A stretch of DNA of 64,000 nucleotides, taken from assembly GCF_006345805.1 (NCBI RefSeq), contig NC_043001.1, forward strand, positions 8,308,001 through 8,372,000. Direction: 5' to 3'. Source of the stretch: Octopus sinensis. Taxonomy: Eukaryota. The position numbers were made by a program, and so were the translations under genes. Of this stretch, positions 37,051 to 52,172 are shown piece after piece. The notes below the pieces were generated by a model that had not been told where the DNA came from, did no database searches, and saw nothing but the letters and a program-made list of their open reading frames with translations. How positions within the stretch are numbered: position 1 is the first letter of the stretch; the number at the start of each line of letters is the position of its first letter.

Positions 37051-39572
37051 CGCATTTGCTGAGGTTGGTATATTTAAAATTTCTATCATATATGCTGAAG
37101 AAGAATTCCGCAGATTATATATAAAATGCTAATTTACTTGTGATTTAAGCGCTGGTAATTAATTATTGATGAATACCAACTTTAATGCACTTCGGTAATA
37201 TTGCCCAAGGTAAAAAAAATAATAATGTCATCTGTATTCTGGTTTTCTGCTTTTGGTAGTAAATTTATTTTCTAGAAAATGAAATGCGTTGTAAAACATT
37301 ATTTTTTATGCTTGCTTAAACCAGTCTTGGACCCGAGTCTCTTTTCAAAATTCATCCACTGTAATGTTCTTACTTCTCCTTGAAATTGATTTTTAAATCT
37401 AGACATTGTGATTCGAAGGTAATCTAACCTTTGTTGCTCAGTCGATATATCACAAAAACTTACCGCTCTTTCTTTTGATAGCGGGTATTCCTAATTTCAT
37501 TGTCTGCGTATTTTAAAATATGGACTCGAAAAATGTCAAAGAATATTTTACCAGAATACTACTGCAAACTTCAAGACGCTCACTAGTTATATATCTAATA
37601 CTAAAGTTTTACGACTCCATATTATTTCTTAAACTATTGCTGTAAAGAATATCGTATTGATTGCTTGCTGAATTTCGAATTGCCTATCTTTCAAGACAAA
37701 TGTGTCGATATGCTGGAAATACTGATAACTGTACAATTAATCTCCTGTGAAATATATATTTCATTCTTTATCGCAACGATTTCCAAAATGAAATTTTCAA
37801 CTATTAATTGTACACACCTTGCAGAAAGATAGTCAGCGAAATTTATGCAGTAAAATGAAAATGGGAAATATAATGTTACTCCAAATTCTCATTGAAAATA
37901 CCAAAAAGAAAAATAGACAAAAAAGAAACGAAAACAGAATATCATACTTTAAAACTGTTTAACATTTTAAAATCTATTACAGGAATCAGTCTTTTGAGTA
38001 AGATATTCATTTTTTTATTATCGACTGATTCAGTTTTATTTCTTGTATTTGATTGGTTCCAGTATTGTTTATTAGCAATAGAACGTTGTTGTGTGACGGA
38101 TAGTGTTATATGTCATGCGACATTGTCAGTATTTAAATAACTGTTTCAGATTCTATTTATTGGTACTTTTGAATAAATTTTCTTTATCTCTCTTGCTAAA
38201 GTTCGTGCACATTCGATAAATATCTTTAATAATTTAGTTTGATTATTATTAGCATCACATTTTTTTCCTATCAGAAAGAACCAAAAGCTTCTTGGAATAT
38301 TTAATAAAATATGAATATTCTTTTGATTGTAATTATCTTTTTGCTTTCATTAACAGGAATGATTTATTGGCAAAAAGAAAAAAAAGAACATTTATTTCAC
38401 AAGTTACATGTTTTTAATGTGTAAATCATTCTTCATGTGAACACAATAAAAAGAAGAAAACATAATTTATTTTTCTTCTTCGTATTTTCTTTGTGCAGTT
38501 TGGTAAAGATAATAAACTTCTGCAATTTTTCGACTACTTGAGAAATAGTTACAGAGGCTTTTATTCAAAGATATTCACTATGAGTGAAGTGAAGGCTTGT
38601 CTTTTTTTTTTTATAAATTCATGGTTACATTTCCTGTGGTGCTCATAGAGTAGAAACCGATAGCAGTGATATTTCTATTCCTTTTTAATGGTTTTTCAAT
38701 AGATATGACAAAGGAATTGCAACAGCGATATCTCGTGATGAGAGTACATGTCAAAGTTATCATTCTTATAAAGGCTTGGAACGTATCAAATATGACTGAA
38801 AGAATATAATAATTATAATAAATTTCTTTCCCAAGAAAGGGTAAATCACGCAGTTTTTATTGCTTCAAAAAAGAAAGGGATGGCCTATAAAGTCTAAATT
38901 AAATCGATATTTCTGTAACATTATGTAAAAACGTAATAATGACATGCAAAATGATAATGAATGGTATAATGTATTACCCCTATATCAACTATTTATAATA
39001 TATTTACAAATCTGATTGTTCTATGTTTCTGATGAGACTACATAAAAAATTAATGTTTTAGGAATATTGTTTTGGCAACACATCCGAAATTGCAATAATG
39101 CGGGAATCCATTCACAGTTATCTGTTTTAAGAGAAACGTTTTCAGTAAAGCATTCCTTTAATTAGGAAAAAATTCAAATTTGAGGGAATTATAGATAACG
39201 GATCGTATCAATGGGAAGCGTGACTGATATAGAGTTATGTAATTGGATTACGTATATATATATGAAGCTGGAATCGAGGCAGATCCATTTTGATAAACCA
39301 TTGCAGTTTTTAAAAACATGTGTCACTAATTCAGAAATAATATTTATTTGTAAAATATTATTCTATACTTTTAAAATTTTAACATTTCTGTGTAATTGTA
39401 AGTTCGTATTCATTTCGATTTATACACTACGATACACTACTATGCTTTGAAATATCAACATTCATTAACAGTTCTCTCCCCTATTTGGATTTTGAAACAT
39501 ATTATTAGAAAACAAATTCGTGGTGAGAGAAAGAATATCAATTCGAATAGATGATAGTTATCTCCATGTGAA

Positions 39573-39872
39573 GGCGCAATAGTCCAGTGGTTAGGGCAGC
39601 GGACTCGCGATGGGAAGATTGCGGTTTTGATACCCAAACCGGGCGTTGTGTGGGTTTATTGAGCGAAAACACCTAAGAGCTCTACGAGGCTCCGGGAGCG
39701 GGTGTTGGCGACCCCTGTTGTACTATTTCGCTACAACTTTCTTTCACTCTCTCTTCCTGTTTCTTGAGTAATGCTGTGTTTGACTGGCGTCCCGTCCAGC
39801 TGGGGGGAATACATAGGCCACAGAAACCGGAAAACAGGGCCCATGAGCCTGGGTAGGCTTGAAAAGGGCGAC
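39573..39872 (+). mobile_element. SINE family C with alternative tail 3
   Basis: Same head and body; tail gaaaccggaaaacagggcccatgagcctgggtaggcttgaaaagggcg. Confidence 0.82.
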
Positions 39873-40582
39873 GTTCTTTTAATAGTAATCTCCACTTAAA
39901 AGTGGATACATCATTGCAACACAGGAACGTGAGATATTTACCGCACGGGAACATATAGTATGATCTTTCGGTGCACATACACCGCTAGATAGATACAGTG
40001 AAACTCTTCTGTAATCTCGTAAACTCACATATATATAAATGACACGAATCTAGAACAGGCCTATAGATCCACATAAGTATATACATATATAAATATATAC
40101 ATATATACAATAGTGGCATACATATATATACGCATACAAATATACAGATAAACATATACGTATATATATATATATAAATCCATACAAATATACATATCAA
40201 CACATATATATATATATATGCATCTCAACGTATATATGTATACGTATATATTATAAACTGTCTGGTGTATTGAATATCTAAATAAGTAAATGTTGCAAAA
40301 AATCTAAGTAATATAATAAATTGTAATATGAATATCAAAAATATAAATTTAAAAGTTATCAGTTTCAAATTTACATTTGAAAATGATTAAAAATTTCACC
40401 TTGGTGGAATTTAAATCTAAATTTGTAAACAGTAGATGGTTTTCTCGAATGTCGAAGAATGTATTATATAAATGCAAAGATGATAAATCTACAATGAATA
40501 TTTTACAGAATGATGCCTGTTTTCAGTTAGAAAATTCAAATTGAAATGTGGAAGTCAAATATCCGTACGGTATTTTATAGCT

Positions 40583-40880
40583 GAAGGCGGCGAACTGGCA
40601 GAAACGTTAGCACGCCGGGCGAAATGCGTAGCCGTATTTCGTCTGCCGTTACGTTCTGATTTCAAATTCCGCCGAGATCGACTTTGCCTTTCATCCTTTC
40701 GGGGTCGATAAATTAAGTACCAGTTACGCACTGGGGTCGATATAATCGACTTAATCCGTTTGTCTGTCCTTGTTTGTCCCCTCTGCATTTAGTCCCTTGT
40801 GGATAGTAAAAAAATAGGTATTTCGTCTGCTGCCAATTCTGAGTTCAAATTTCCCTTGCTGGTAATAAAGAAATAGGCAT
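40583..40880 (+). mobile_element. SINE family A plus partial second unit
   Basis: Near-identical to 26735-26967; second unit starts at 40817. Confidence 0.88.
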
Positions 40881-41394
40881 TTTATCGCTGAACATTTTAT
40901 ACCTTGTAGAATGTCTACAGGAATTCATAAGCTTTCGTCTTAGGTTCAATGCGTACTTATCATGGAACAGGAGGAAGAGCTTTTTTAATCAGGAACCGAC
41001 TGCATCACGTTAGGTGTCTATAAACTCGATGCTGATATGGTGATTTTGAAAGGACGGATATCATTTTATTTCAAATGCTAGACATGTTTGTATAGACTCG
41101 CTACTATCCTAGTTTCGATATATCGAAATGAATTTCGGCGAGAATATAATTTATTTTAAAAAGACATTTCCGAGGCCGCTGTTTATGTTTTGTATTCTCT
41201 TGAGGCATCTGTTTACACTTTAGCTCTATAAATATGTCCTCTCTGTAGACAATTTCCTCCCAACAGACAGCAATAGATTGGTTCATAAATGTAACTGAAA
41301 ATGTAGGCAGTTTAATATTTTCGATTTTCACCCGTGAAAATCCAAGCCTTTACATCTTAAAGCTTTAGACTTCGACAAGCAATACGTTGCCATC

Positions 41395-42530
41395 GACCTA
41401 TAGATATCATCCCGCATGCAGGGAAATCTCGCCTTTTTAACGATGATTCCACCTAGGTCAAAAAGAGCGAGTGATCTTTATTCTTAATGATGACAGCGGC
41501 ATATAATGGGAATTCCTTTTCATAGACGCAGGATTATATAGAAATGGTGGTCTCATAGTCACTAGTAAGACGAACAGCCTTCAGTTAGATAGGCTATAGA
41601 AGAATCTTATTGCTTTCTTCCAAAGAATGTGCTTACAGATAACAATAAATAATGACCTTAATAATGTAGATATTTCAAATACTAACTTAGATTTGCAATT
41701 AGATAAATTTAAACACCGTAAACCTAATGAAAACTTATTATATTAACAAATATTCAAATCTTCCCCACTTGATATTTAACAATATAGTAAATATGGATAG
41801 GTGCAATCTTATATATCTTCAGACGACATAGCGTTTCAAAATGCCACGTAGTATTATATTAATGCATTAAGGGACAGCGGATTCTCGAAGACCCAGTATG
41901 GTCATAGTACTTTTAGCAATTATAGAACTCGTAGAAGTACAAGGAAAGTTCTATGGTTTAATTCGGCATTTAACATTGCAGTAAATCTAATACAGATAAA
42001 GAATACTTGAATCTAGTTTTTAGGCACTTTGAAGAAGACCACAACTTCTAAATCATTTTTAATGGATGATCGCTGACAGATAGCTATTCTTGTTGCAAAA
42101 TAATCACCTTCTTTATTAACTAGAACAACACGAAAACTATTAGGAGCAATGACAGTGCCGGAAATAACAAGAAGAATTCAAATCGAAAAGTTGTCCGTAA
42201 GGAGGAATTTGTCTTGAGAAACGAATTTTATGTAGATCTAAGGTGCGAACGAAAAGCTCACAAGAATACGAAACATATGCAGGAGCTTCGGAAGATTCCT
42301 GTTAAACTAGATTATACTCTCACCGAAATTCATTTCGATATCCAGAAATGATACCAGTCCTTTCAATATTAGCTGGATGATCTTGGAGAAGGTTGCACCA
42401 TATCGGCATGAGGTGCTATTTGTGCCTGACGGAAAAGCTCTTTATCCTGTTCCATGATAAATACACATTAAACCACAGACAGGAGCATTTGAATACCTGC
42501 AAATATGCTACAAGGTATAAAATGCTGAGT
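41395..42530 (+). mobile_element. Decayed Penelope-like element (RT C-terminal half plus GIY-YIG)
   Basis: IIPHAGKSRLFN, AGLYRNGGL (GLYRDDGL-like), QLDRL, HRKPN, RKVLWFNS, RKSCP*GGICL, HRNSFR, RCYLCLTEKLFIL, all in the expected order. Confidence 0.8.
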
Positions 42531-42903
42531 GATAAAATACCGTACGGATAATATTTGACATCTACTTATCATTTTGGATTTTCTACTTCAAAACCGGCTT
42601 AATTCTCTATAATATTCATTGTACATTTATTGCCCTTTCATCTTACATTTTACATTCTTCGACTTTCAAGAAAATCTTCGACTGTTTACAACTTTAGATT
42701 TAAATTTCACCGAGGTTAAAGTGTTACCAATTTTCAAATTTAGAATGTATATTTATATTTTCTCGTATTTATATTGCAATTACTTATTTTACATAGACGT
42801 TTTGCACCACGTTTTTATTTTAGCATTCAGTATACCAGACAGGTTTTTATGTATTCTTATGCGGATATAAATTATGGTGTATATGTGTATCTTTATGTGG
42901 AAC

Positions 42904-42950
<47 letters not shown>

Positions 42951-43381
42951 AAATAAGCGTATTTGTTTATCTGTATATTTGTATGCCTGTATATATGTGT
43001 ATCACTATTGTATATAATTATGTATTTATGTGGATATTCACATCTGATTTATATCGGTGCGGTTTTTATACGTGTGCGATTACAAGTCTACAGAAGAGTT
43101 TTAATGTATCTAGCTACACTTAGATACATTTAGGAAGGCTATTTTGGGAATCATTTTCTCTCTCTCCCTCACTTTCTATTTTTCTGCTTCAGTTTCTTTT
43201 TTCTTTCCCCTCACCAGTTCTTTGTACCTTTTTTTTTTGCTTTCTTCCACCACTTCTTATTTCTTTCTCTTTTTCTAACTTGCAACATCATAGTTGTGCA
43301 TGTAGAATATACGTACAGAGACGTACGATATGTATATATAAGTATGTTGATGCATATATATGCATTTGTATATATATTGTG

Positions 43382-43422
<41 letters not shown>

Positions 43423-43441
43423 TTATATATCTATCTATCTG

Positions 43442-43495
<54 letters not shown>

Positions 43496-43668
43496 TTAAA
43501 AATAGGATACAATCTTCATAAGAATTTATAATAATAAATAATGCCCTCTATATAATATAAATAAATATATTTAAATGAAGAAATTGATGGGTTTTTTTTC
43601 TCTTATGAGGTTTTTCACGCTAACTACTTGATAAATACTTATGAAGATTTTATCCTATTTTAAAATTA

Positions 43669-43703
<35 letters not shown>

Positions 43704-43853
43704 GAATGATCATTTACAAAGATGAATGTGACGTTATCAACATTGGAGCCACATTCAGAAACAACAACGACAATGTAATGTGAATGTTTTCCTTTCATCC
43801 ATCATGATTACTATTATAAAAACAAAATAATAGTAGAATGGTAAAATGATCAG

Positions 43854-43913
43854 GAAGAGGCTTTCTTGACAGACACCAAAACCATCTACGATATATTGAT
43901 GTCACACTACAGG
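43854..43913 (+). CDS. Candidate 60-nt exon (open in two frames)
   Basis: Strong donor CAGG|gtaagt; weak acceptor; EEAFLTDTKTIYDILMSHYR (phase 0) or RGFLDRHQNHLRYIDVTLQ (phase 1). Confidence 0.2.
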
Positions 43914-44767
43914 GTAAGTGAATATTGTTAGGCAGCAATGTAGCGTTCATTGGGCCGTTAATATACATTATCCCTCCATGGTCTTATTAGATTGGCAGAG
44001 CGTTTGTGCCAGCTAACCATGTCATGAAGAGAGTTTGTTTCATTTGCAGGGACGTTGATGCATATTGTCTGTGTTTCTCTTTCTAATGTTTTTGTCAAAA
44101 TTTAGTTCCTCTGCTCCTCGTTCAGACAATTAATTTTGGAGAGAATTATCTGAAGAAGTCTAACTCCATTGGTTTCCAGAACTTTAGATCATCACTTCAA
44201 TATTTCTAAAACGGTATAAATATTAAACTTTCTTTCCACCACATATTTCTAGATGCTTGCTCAATTCTTGTACAATTCCTCCTGTCGGATGTATTGTTTG
44301 TGGATTCTTGCCCGTTGGCAGAGGGACTTGTTTGTTTCTCCAATTTAATTCTCCTTGCACTTTGGGCAAGTACTGCAGTATTTGAAATTCTGCATTTACT
44401 TTGAACGAGAATCTTGAATGTCATGTGGGAACCAATTTCTAAATATTTGAATTCTTGTTGTTAAGTTAAGTTAAGTTAAGTTAATTTTTTGTTGTTGTTG
44501 CTGTTGTTGCATGTTCCACATCTGATATGAACACCGAACCGTACTGTTTTTACTATGTTGACTTTGTGCTGACGTCTTCAATAAACGAACAAAAGTGATA
44601 ATAAAGAATTATCCAAAATTGTGACAGCTTCCTTACTCTCCCTATCTCCCTCTCTCTCTCTTTATATAAATATATATAAACATATACATACACTTGTATA
44701 CGTGTATATATATATATATATATCAATATGTACATATACAAATAATAATAATAATAATAATTATCAT

Positions 44768-44819
<52 letters not shown>

Positions 44820-44881
44820 GGGAGAGAGTGAAAAATAAATATACATATAGACATATACATACATACGTACATACTACATTG

Positions 44882-45760
44882 AATACTCAGATGTATCTGG
44901 AAACGTTCTCTGTGTGACAAGCTTGTTGTTGTGGCTTCCGGTGCTAGAAGACACATGATCGAACTCTCAGACATTAGTGTGCCGACCGGCGTCATTCGCA
45001 GAGTTTCTATTGTCAGGTAGTGTGACCTGGTTTTGCAGTGCTTTTTCCCTGTTCGTCAAATTTTGGGACGTCTGAGACAAAGGAACAGTGTGCTTCCGTG
45101 AAAGTCTGCTTTCTGCTGGGGAAAATGGAAGCCGAAATATTTGTCGTGCTTCACACAGCTCACAAAGGAAGTTGCCAGGAGCAAAACGCAAGTTTCCGAG
45201 TGGTTTTCACGTTTAGGAATTGTCACATGTCGCTTGAAGATAAACCACAAATAGGGCGGCCATTGACCCCACGAACAAATGAAAATATCACGAAATCCAT
45301 GAACACATCTTGGAGGGCCGTTGATGAACAATTGATGAATTTGTTGATAAGACTACTTTGTATGGAGCTTCTGTTAAAACGAATTTTGTACAAAGAATTC
45401 CGAATGAAAGAGTTGCAGCCAAATTTGTCACGACTGAATGCGTATCGTGAACTGGAAGAACAGTTGGAAGTAGATCTTACTCCCTGCAGCTTCTATTTTT
45501 TTTTTTTTTGGTTTACTTTTGTTACCCCAAATGAAAAAGTCCACAAATGAAAACGATTTACAGACGTGGAAGAGGAGCAACAATTCCAGGTCAGCTTGGA
45601 GTACTATAAAATTGTGTTTGGACCAATGCATTGCTTGAAATGGAGAATATTTTGAATCCGATAAAAGTGTAAAAATGGTGATGATCGGAATCATAGTCTC
45701 AATGAAAGAACTGTTATTGTTATTTCTCTCTTTTGGCAATTACAACTCTACCCAAGTGAG
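44882..45760 (+). mobile_element. Internally deleted mariner transposon
   Basis: N-terminus KEQCASVKVCFLLGK...VSEWF...SLEDKPQIGRP; C-terminus DLTPCSF...KRFTDVEE...CIA*NGEYFE; catalytic middle missing. Confidence 0.8.
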
Positions 45761-47183
45761 AGAAGCTTGAAGGCTGATATTCTAGACAAGGAGATATAAG
45801 CATTTAATGGTGGTTTAGAAAAACAGTGAAGACACGAAGGATTTGCTGAGAATTAGATTACTTCAAGGACGTGAGACGTTAGTAAAACAGATGGAGATAA
45901 ATGACAGACGACGTTAGTGATTGAATTTAAGCCAATAAGTCGAGGATATTCTACAGCGTAGTAGTAGTTCTATGGCAGAAATAGAAAATTCTGAGTTGTA
46001 TCTCAACAGAAATGGGTCTTCTGGATTTGCTGCTAATAATATTGAAAAAGTGCATTCCTCAGAAGATATTGTTATTAATAATCCCAATATTTTAAACGAA
46101 CAGTAGTGTTCTTGTCAGGGTTTTTTCAAGTTGAGAGCTTAAGAAGCGATTAGGCTCAGTTGTGAGGTGGGCCAGGTACTAGATTCTTATGGTTCCATTA
46201 ACATGCTCCAAGCATGAAATTAATCCGTGTTTATAGCGCTGTGTATATTTTACGTGTGGTTCATACGTCATTAAAGAGAATTAGCGAGCAATAAGTTTTC
46301 ATGACCTCTGCACAAAACTGATCACTCCTGATGGTGGAGACAAAGAAATCAGTCGCCGATAAAAGCCGTCTTGTAACGAAGATTCATGGGTATGGGTGAT
46401 AAAAAGATCCTTTATCACTAAAGGCAATGTTAGTATTCAAGCGCAAACTACCGATCCAGAATTCGATCATTGGTTAGAGAACGTATTAGAAATATTGGGA
46501 GATGTTATATACATGTCAGAATGCGACAGAAGCTGTGTTGATATTTTACCAGCAACAACATTTTCAATAGATTTCTTGAAGGTGAAAACTCTTCGGTGTA
46601 TAATGAAGAGATTAGGTATCAAGTACATCAGTGTCTAAGGCAACGTACTTGTGATAATTGAAAAGAAAGTGTATAAATATATTGGAAAATGTCATTGTTA
46701 ATGTCTGTCTCCATCAGCTAAATATTATAAGATGTGATCGCAACGAATATATAATATAAGTTTGGAAATGAGACGCAACTCCGTTTATTCTCACGCATCA
46801 TAATCCACCATTAGAGAATGAGAGATTCGAAGTGACAGTGTAAGGGTACGTAATATTTTAGAGTAATCCAAGAAGGAGAAATAGGAGAGAGGGGGAGGGG
46901 AAGATTATGAAGCTCAGTGGCTTCGTTGGCATCGAAGAGCTAAATGTATTTTTGTACAAGAAGTGTCCGTATGGTAATGAGATTTGAATAGATTTTGGGG
47001 CAAATTTCTGATTAGGACGCGTGCTAGTGCAGTGTTACACACATATATGTGTGTTAATTTGATTTTAACGACAGAAGAAGGATTAATTTAAATAGCAATC
47101 TATATATTTTGATAAAGGAAGTCAGCAAAAATGCAGCATTCTTTTCAAGAATGAATATTTCATCAATACATGTAATTCTGCAG

Positions 47184-47252
47184 CAGCAGGTGTAGAATGT
47201 CTTTACACTGATTTCCGCATCTATAAGCTTTGTCAGTCTCAAGTATCCATTG
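47184..47252 (+). CDS. Candidate 69-nt phase 1-1 exon (AGVECLYTDFRIYKLCQSQVSI)
   Basis: Acceptor gtaattctgcag with NAGNAG alternatives; donor ATTG|gtacgg; frame open. Confidence 0.22.
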
Positions 47253-47702
47253 GTACGGCATGGTAATGGAAAGTCTGTCATTAATTGATATATATCAAAT
47301 TTGCTTTCAGCATCAATATGCAAATATATATAATAAATAACGAACCAATCTCCAGTTATTGACTAAGACATTGTTCTCTGTCTGGGCACCGTGAAGCTGA
47401 GTCTGAATAGATGATCATCGAGAATAATCAAGGCAGTACTCTCTTTACTTAGAAAAGTTAATCTCGACCAATATACATTTCCCTTATATTTCGCATTGCA
47501 ATACGTAACTCTAATTTATCCAGCTATCTGAAACCATTATCATTACGCAGCTGATCCACTGGAACTCAGCTTGGAGAATCAACAAGCAATTTACTTTTCA
47601 AGATGAACACCGTAAAATTCCAACTTATCGGAGAAACTTGAGTGGTTTATAGCGAGTGTTCACACTAATCATTTCCTAATCGGTTATGTATGTGTGTGTT
47701 TA

Positions 47703-47750
<48 letters not shown>

Positions 47751-47832
47751 TGTGTGTGTATGTATATATATATACATATACATACATACATATATATATT
47801 AATGTGTGTGTGTATGTGTATATATATATACA

Positions 47833-47987
<155 letters not shown>

Positions 47988-50410
47988 TATATATATATTG
48001 ATGTGTGTGCATGTGGACGCACACAATTTCACCCATGTACTTACACACATACATATATTCATATATATTCATATTTATAATTGTTTGTGTGTGTGTGTGT
48101 GTGCCTGTCTGTTCATGTATGTTCGTGTGCTTGTGTGTGTATTACACTGATATTCAGGCATTTTGACGATACATGTTCCTTTCACAACAATATAGATTTT
48201 AAATTTCAAGGCCCTGAATGTGTTTTATTTTCTTGTAATCTTTCTTATATTATTTTCATTATAATAATACAATATATGCAGTATGGCTGTTTTGTGAACG
48301 GTTTTATCTAAACTCTAAAATTGATCACGAAATGTCTCTTCCTTATTTTCTGTAAACAAAGATAGTATCCAGATCGGAAGATGTTCCCTTATTCAACTAA
48401 TGTATTGATTATTAGATGCAGAAATGTTTTGGATTTAAAACAAATTTTTTTTATCGATAATATACTTAATTTAGAAATTAAAGCTATTACAATTAACGAA
48501 ATGCCTTTCTAACTGTATGGAAAAGATAAATTTGAATACAGTATTTATTGATCGACGTGACGGATAACAGAAATGTACGCATTATAAAGCATTTCTTTTA
48601 TTGTTAATTTTCTTACGTAAAATGTAAAGATTATCTATGTGGCTAAATATACATGTTTATTTACTTTTACCCTATTAGAGATGTTCTATATATATTGTAC
48701 ATAGTGTTTGAATGTCTTCGTATATTTGATATACAAAGAGGTATTCTTTTTTTAAAATTGTTATGCAAGATCAATTTTAGCAATTCTGACATTTCCTGCT
48801 CGAATGCTATAGGTTATCTAAGTACATTTTCAAAACAAACATTTATTTTAGAACATTTAACCTGTCCACTGACAAAATGGTTTTGGCATGAAAACAAGAT
48901 TATCATTTAATATTACTTAACTATTTACTCACTATACAAAAAGTCGTGATAAATTCACATTACATATCAAACATATAATCAATCATACTGCTTTTCCATT
49001 ACTATGCCAAACAGACTTCTTATTAATAGCATTGTATTTGAGAGATATATTCGGTTCTTCCTTTAAGTTATTTCACATCAAATTATAGTGACTGCGAATA
49101 TTTATTAGATTTTGTAAAGTCCAAAATAATTCAAAATATTCCATTCCGTGTTTTTCATACACTTAACTCTTAGAGTATGCCCAGATTATCATAGGAAAGC
49201 ATTACACCGCAGTTGACATTGACTTATATGTTTGCTTAGTAAAACATGTTTTATAATGGACTCTGCAACATTCATTTTAGACATTTATGAATATAGATAC
49301 CTTCCTGAACACTAAAATTGCTATATTCATATCTGCCCATTGCTTAACATTCTTTGTTTTCAGTATTGTCAGAAAGGTCAACTACTGACATAATTTCAAT
49401 GCAAGTTTATACATAGAAGATTCGCGTCTCAACTGATTACCATGCAGAAGTGTAACAAAATAATTTTGCATTTATTATAAATAATATTAACCGGAAGTAA
49501 TTGTGTTACTAACTGCATGACTTAGATTTTAAATGTTGATGGCGACATAAACACGAAGATATTTGTTCAGTTCGGATACACGAACTCAGATTAAATCAGT
49601 AGCCAAGGATGTCCATCATTGAAATTATTATCATTTTTTTCTTGTTAAATATAAATTGTGGGTAATAATTTATAACATTGATTAATCATGAATCATTTGT
49701 CTTTATTTGATGGCAAAATTGATTGATCGACACACTATATATGTCCTTCGAGGCGTTATTTTTTCATGTTAAACGTTTTCTGGAGTTTGATAAAATAAAT
49801 GCCAGTCAAATAGTGCGTTCATCGATAGAGATGACATTTACTCCGTGAAAAATAGGCGGTGACATCAATTTAGGAAATCAATAAATCATCGATACACGAC
49901 CCTATATATTTGCTTCGTGCTTAATGAGTTTAAAATTTAATGTGAATGAATTTTATATCGTATATTTATATTTTTATTCGAGTCACATATTACTCTTAGA
50001 ATGTAACATTCACTGTAATTGATAAGAATGTAGGTCGTTGAAGCATAAGACATTTTAAATAAAAAAAAATACATCTCTCTCTCTGTGCCTTGACTGGTTT
50101 TGCACACATAATATAACGAACAACTTTTCAGTGTACAATTTTCATGAAACTGGATGATATCAGCCTGTGTACGTATTATCTTGTTTAAAATCAAACTGCT
50201 TTTCCTTCAGAGACGTCTGTTGAAAATATGTCTAAATTGATGCCAAATTTGATTTGAGATTGTTTCAGTTGTTAGTAGCTCTCATTACTGCATACCGTTT
50301 AATAAAATGATCACAGCTCCAGTTCGCTGATCCATCAATATAAATTAACGACAGAGCTATTCCTCCAACATTATAATTATGTACTAACACTCAATATTAT
50401 ATAAGCATTT

Positions 50411-50745
50411 AAGGTGGCAGTTAAAATGCTTAACGGTATTTCTTCCAGGTCGACTTTGCCTTTCGGGGTCGATAAATTAAGTACCAGTTACGCACTGGAG
50501 TCTATATAATTAACTTAATCCGTTCGTCTGTCTTTGTTTGTCCCCTCTGTGTTTAGCCCCTTGTGGGTAGTAAAGAAATAGGTATTTCTTCCAGCATTAC
50601 GTTGTGAGTTCAGATTACCCCGAGTTCAAATTTATATTTCATTGTTACGGAGTCGATAAAATAAGTACCATTTGAGCATCGGGGTCGGATTAATCAACTT
50701 ACCTCCTACCCTCAAATTTCAAGCTTTGTGTGAAAATTTGAACCT
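50411..50745 (+). mobile_element. SINE family A dimer, internally deleted
   Basis: Family A body; second unit starts at 50581 and ends in the alternative tail. Confidence 0.8.
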
Positions 50746-50769
50746 AATATTACATAGGCATTTCTTTTA

Positions 50770-51051
50770 CTTTTGTTCTTTTATCTTTTCCTTGTTTCAG
50801 TCAATTGACGGCGGCCATGCTAGAGCACCGCCCATAGTCGAGCAAATCTTTCCCAGGACTTATACTTTGTATGCCGGGCACTTAGTCTATCGGCCCCTTT
50901 TGCAGAACAGCTAAGTTACGGGGATATATAAAACACCAATATTGGTTGCGGGGCGATGTTGTGGAGACAGGCATAGACACACAAACACACACACATACAC
51001 ACACACACACACACACACAGACACACACACACACACACACACCACACACAC

Positions 51052-51093
<42 letters not shown>

Positions 51094-51264
51094 CATATAT
51101 ACGACGGGCTTCTTTCAGTTTCCGTCTATGAAATCCACCCACAAGGCTTTAATCGGCCCGAGGCTATAGAAGAAGACACTTGCCCAAGCTGCCACGCAGT
51201 GCGACTGAACCCGGAACCATGTGGTTGGTAAGCAAGCTATTCACCACACAGCCACTCTTACGCC
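50770..51264 (-). mobile_element. SINE family B, full length
   Basis: Reverse complement of 25253-25661 with an expanded (CA)n(TA)n linker. Confidence 0.85.
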
Positions 51265-51328
51265 TATTTAATAATCATTTATGAACGGAAGAACATATTT
51301 TTGAGACACTCATGAATGAAATCTAGGA

Positions 51329-51705
51329 GCACTCCATCGGTTACGACGATAAGGGTCCCAGCTGATACGATCAACGGAAAAGCTTGCTCGTGGAATTAAT
51401 GTGCAAGTGACTGAGCACTCCACAGACACGTGTACCCTTAACGTAGTTCTCGAGGAGATTCAGCGTGACACAGAGTGTGACAAGGCTGGCCCTTTGAAAT
51501 ACAGGTACAACAGAAACAGGAAGAAAGAGTGAGAGAAAGTTGTGGTGAAAGAGTACAGCAGGGTTCACCACCACCCCCTGCAGGAGCCTCGTGAAGCTTT
51601 AGGTGTTTTCGCTCAATAAACACTCACAATGCCCGGTCTGGGAATCGAAACCTCGATCCTACGACCGCGATTCCGCTTCCCTAACCACTGGGACATTGCG
51701 CCTCC
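51329..51705 (-). mobile_element. SINE family C
   Basis: Reverse complement of 31179-31545. Confidence 0.88.
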
Positions 51706-52045
51706 AGAATGGAATCTACAAAGCCGTTGAAATAGTGAAATGTTCTCGTTTCCTTACCATTTTAGTATAATCATGGCCGACAAGATCGTATTGAAATTAT
51801 TTTCTTATAACATAATTTGAAGATTGTATATAATGACTAGAAATGTATATGTTAGAATTAAAATAGCTGGCATCCAAATGTGATGTATTTATATAGTCTA
51901 TACTTTACTGAATTCTATATTCTTATTGAAATCCAGAATATCTTTAGAAAGTGGCTTATGATACTAAGAATTTATATGTTTAAATATGCTGAGCACAATG
52001 CCTATGTCATTATTCTTAGATTTCATGTATAATGCCCGGATTAAT

Positions 52046-52046
52046 A

Positions 52047-52133
<87 letters not shown>

Positions 52134-52172
52134 TATAATTATAATAATAATAATAACAATAATAATAATAAT
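52046..52172. repeat. (AAT)n microsatellite, tail of the adjacent LINE
   Basis: Direct reading. Confidence 0.95.

Noticed and set aside
46396-46638. 80-codon ORF with protein-like composition
   Set aside because: No splice sites or motif that could be supported; lies beside decayed LINE-like sequence
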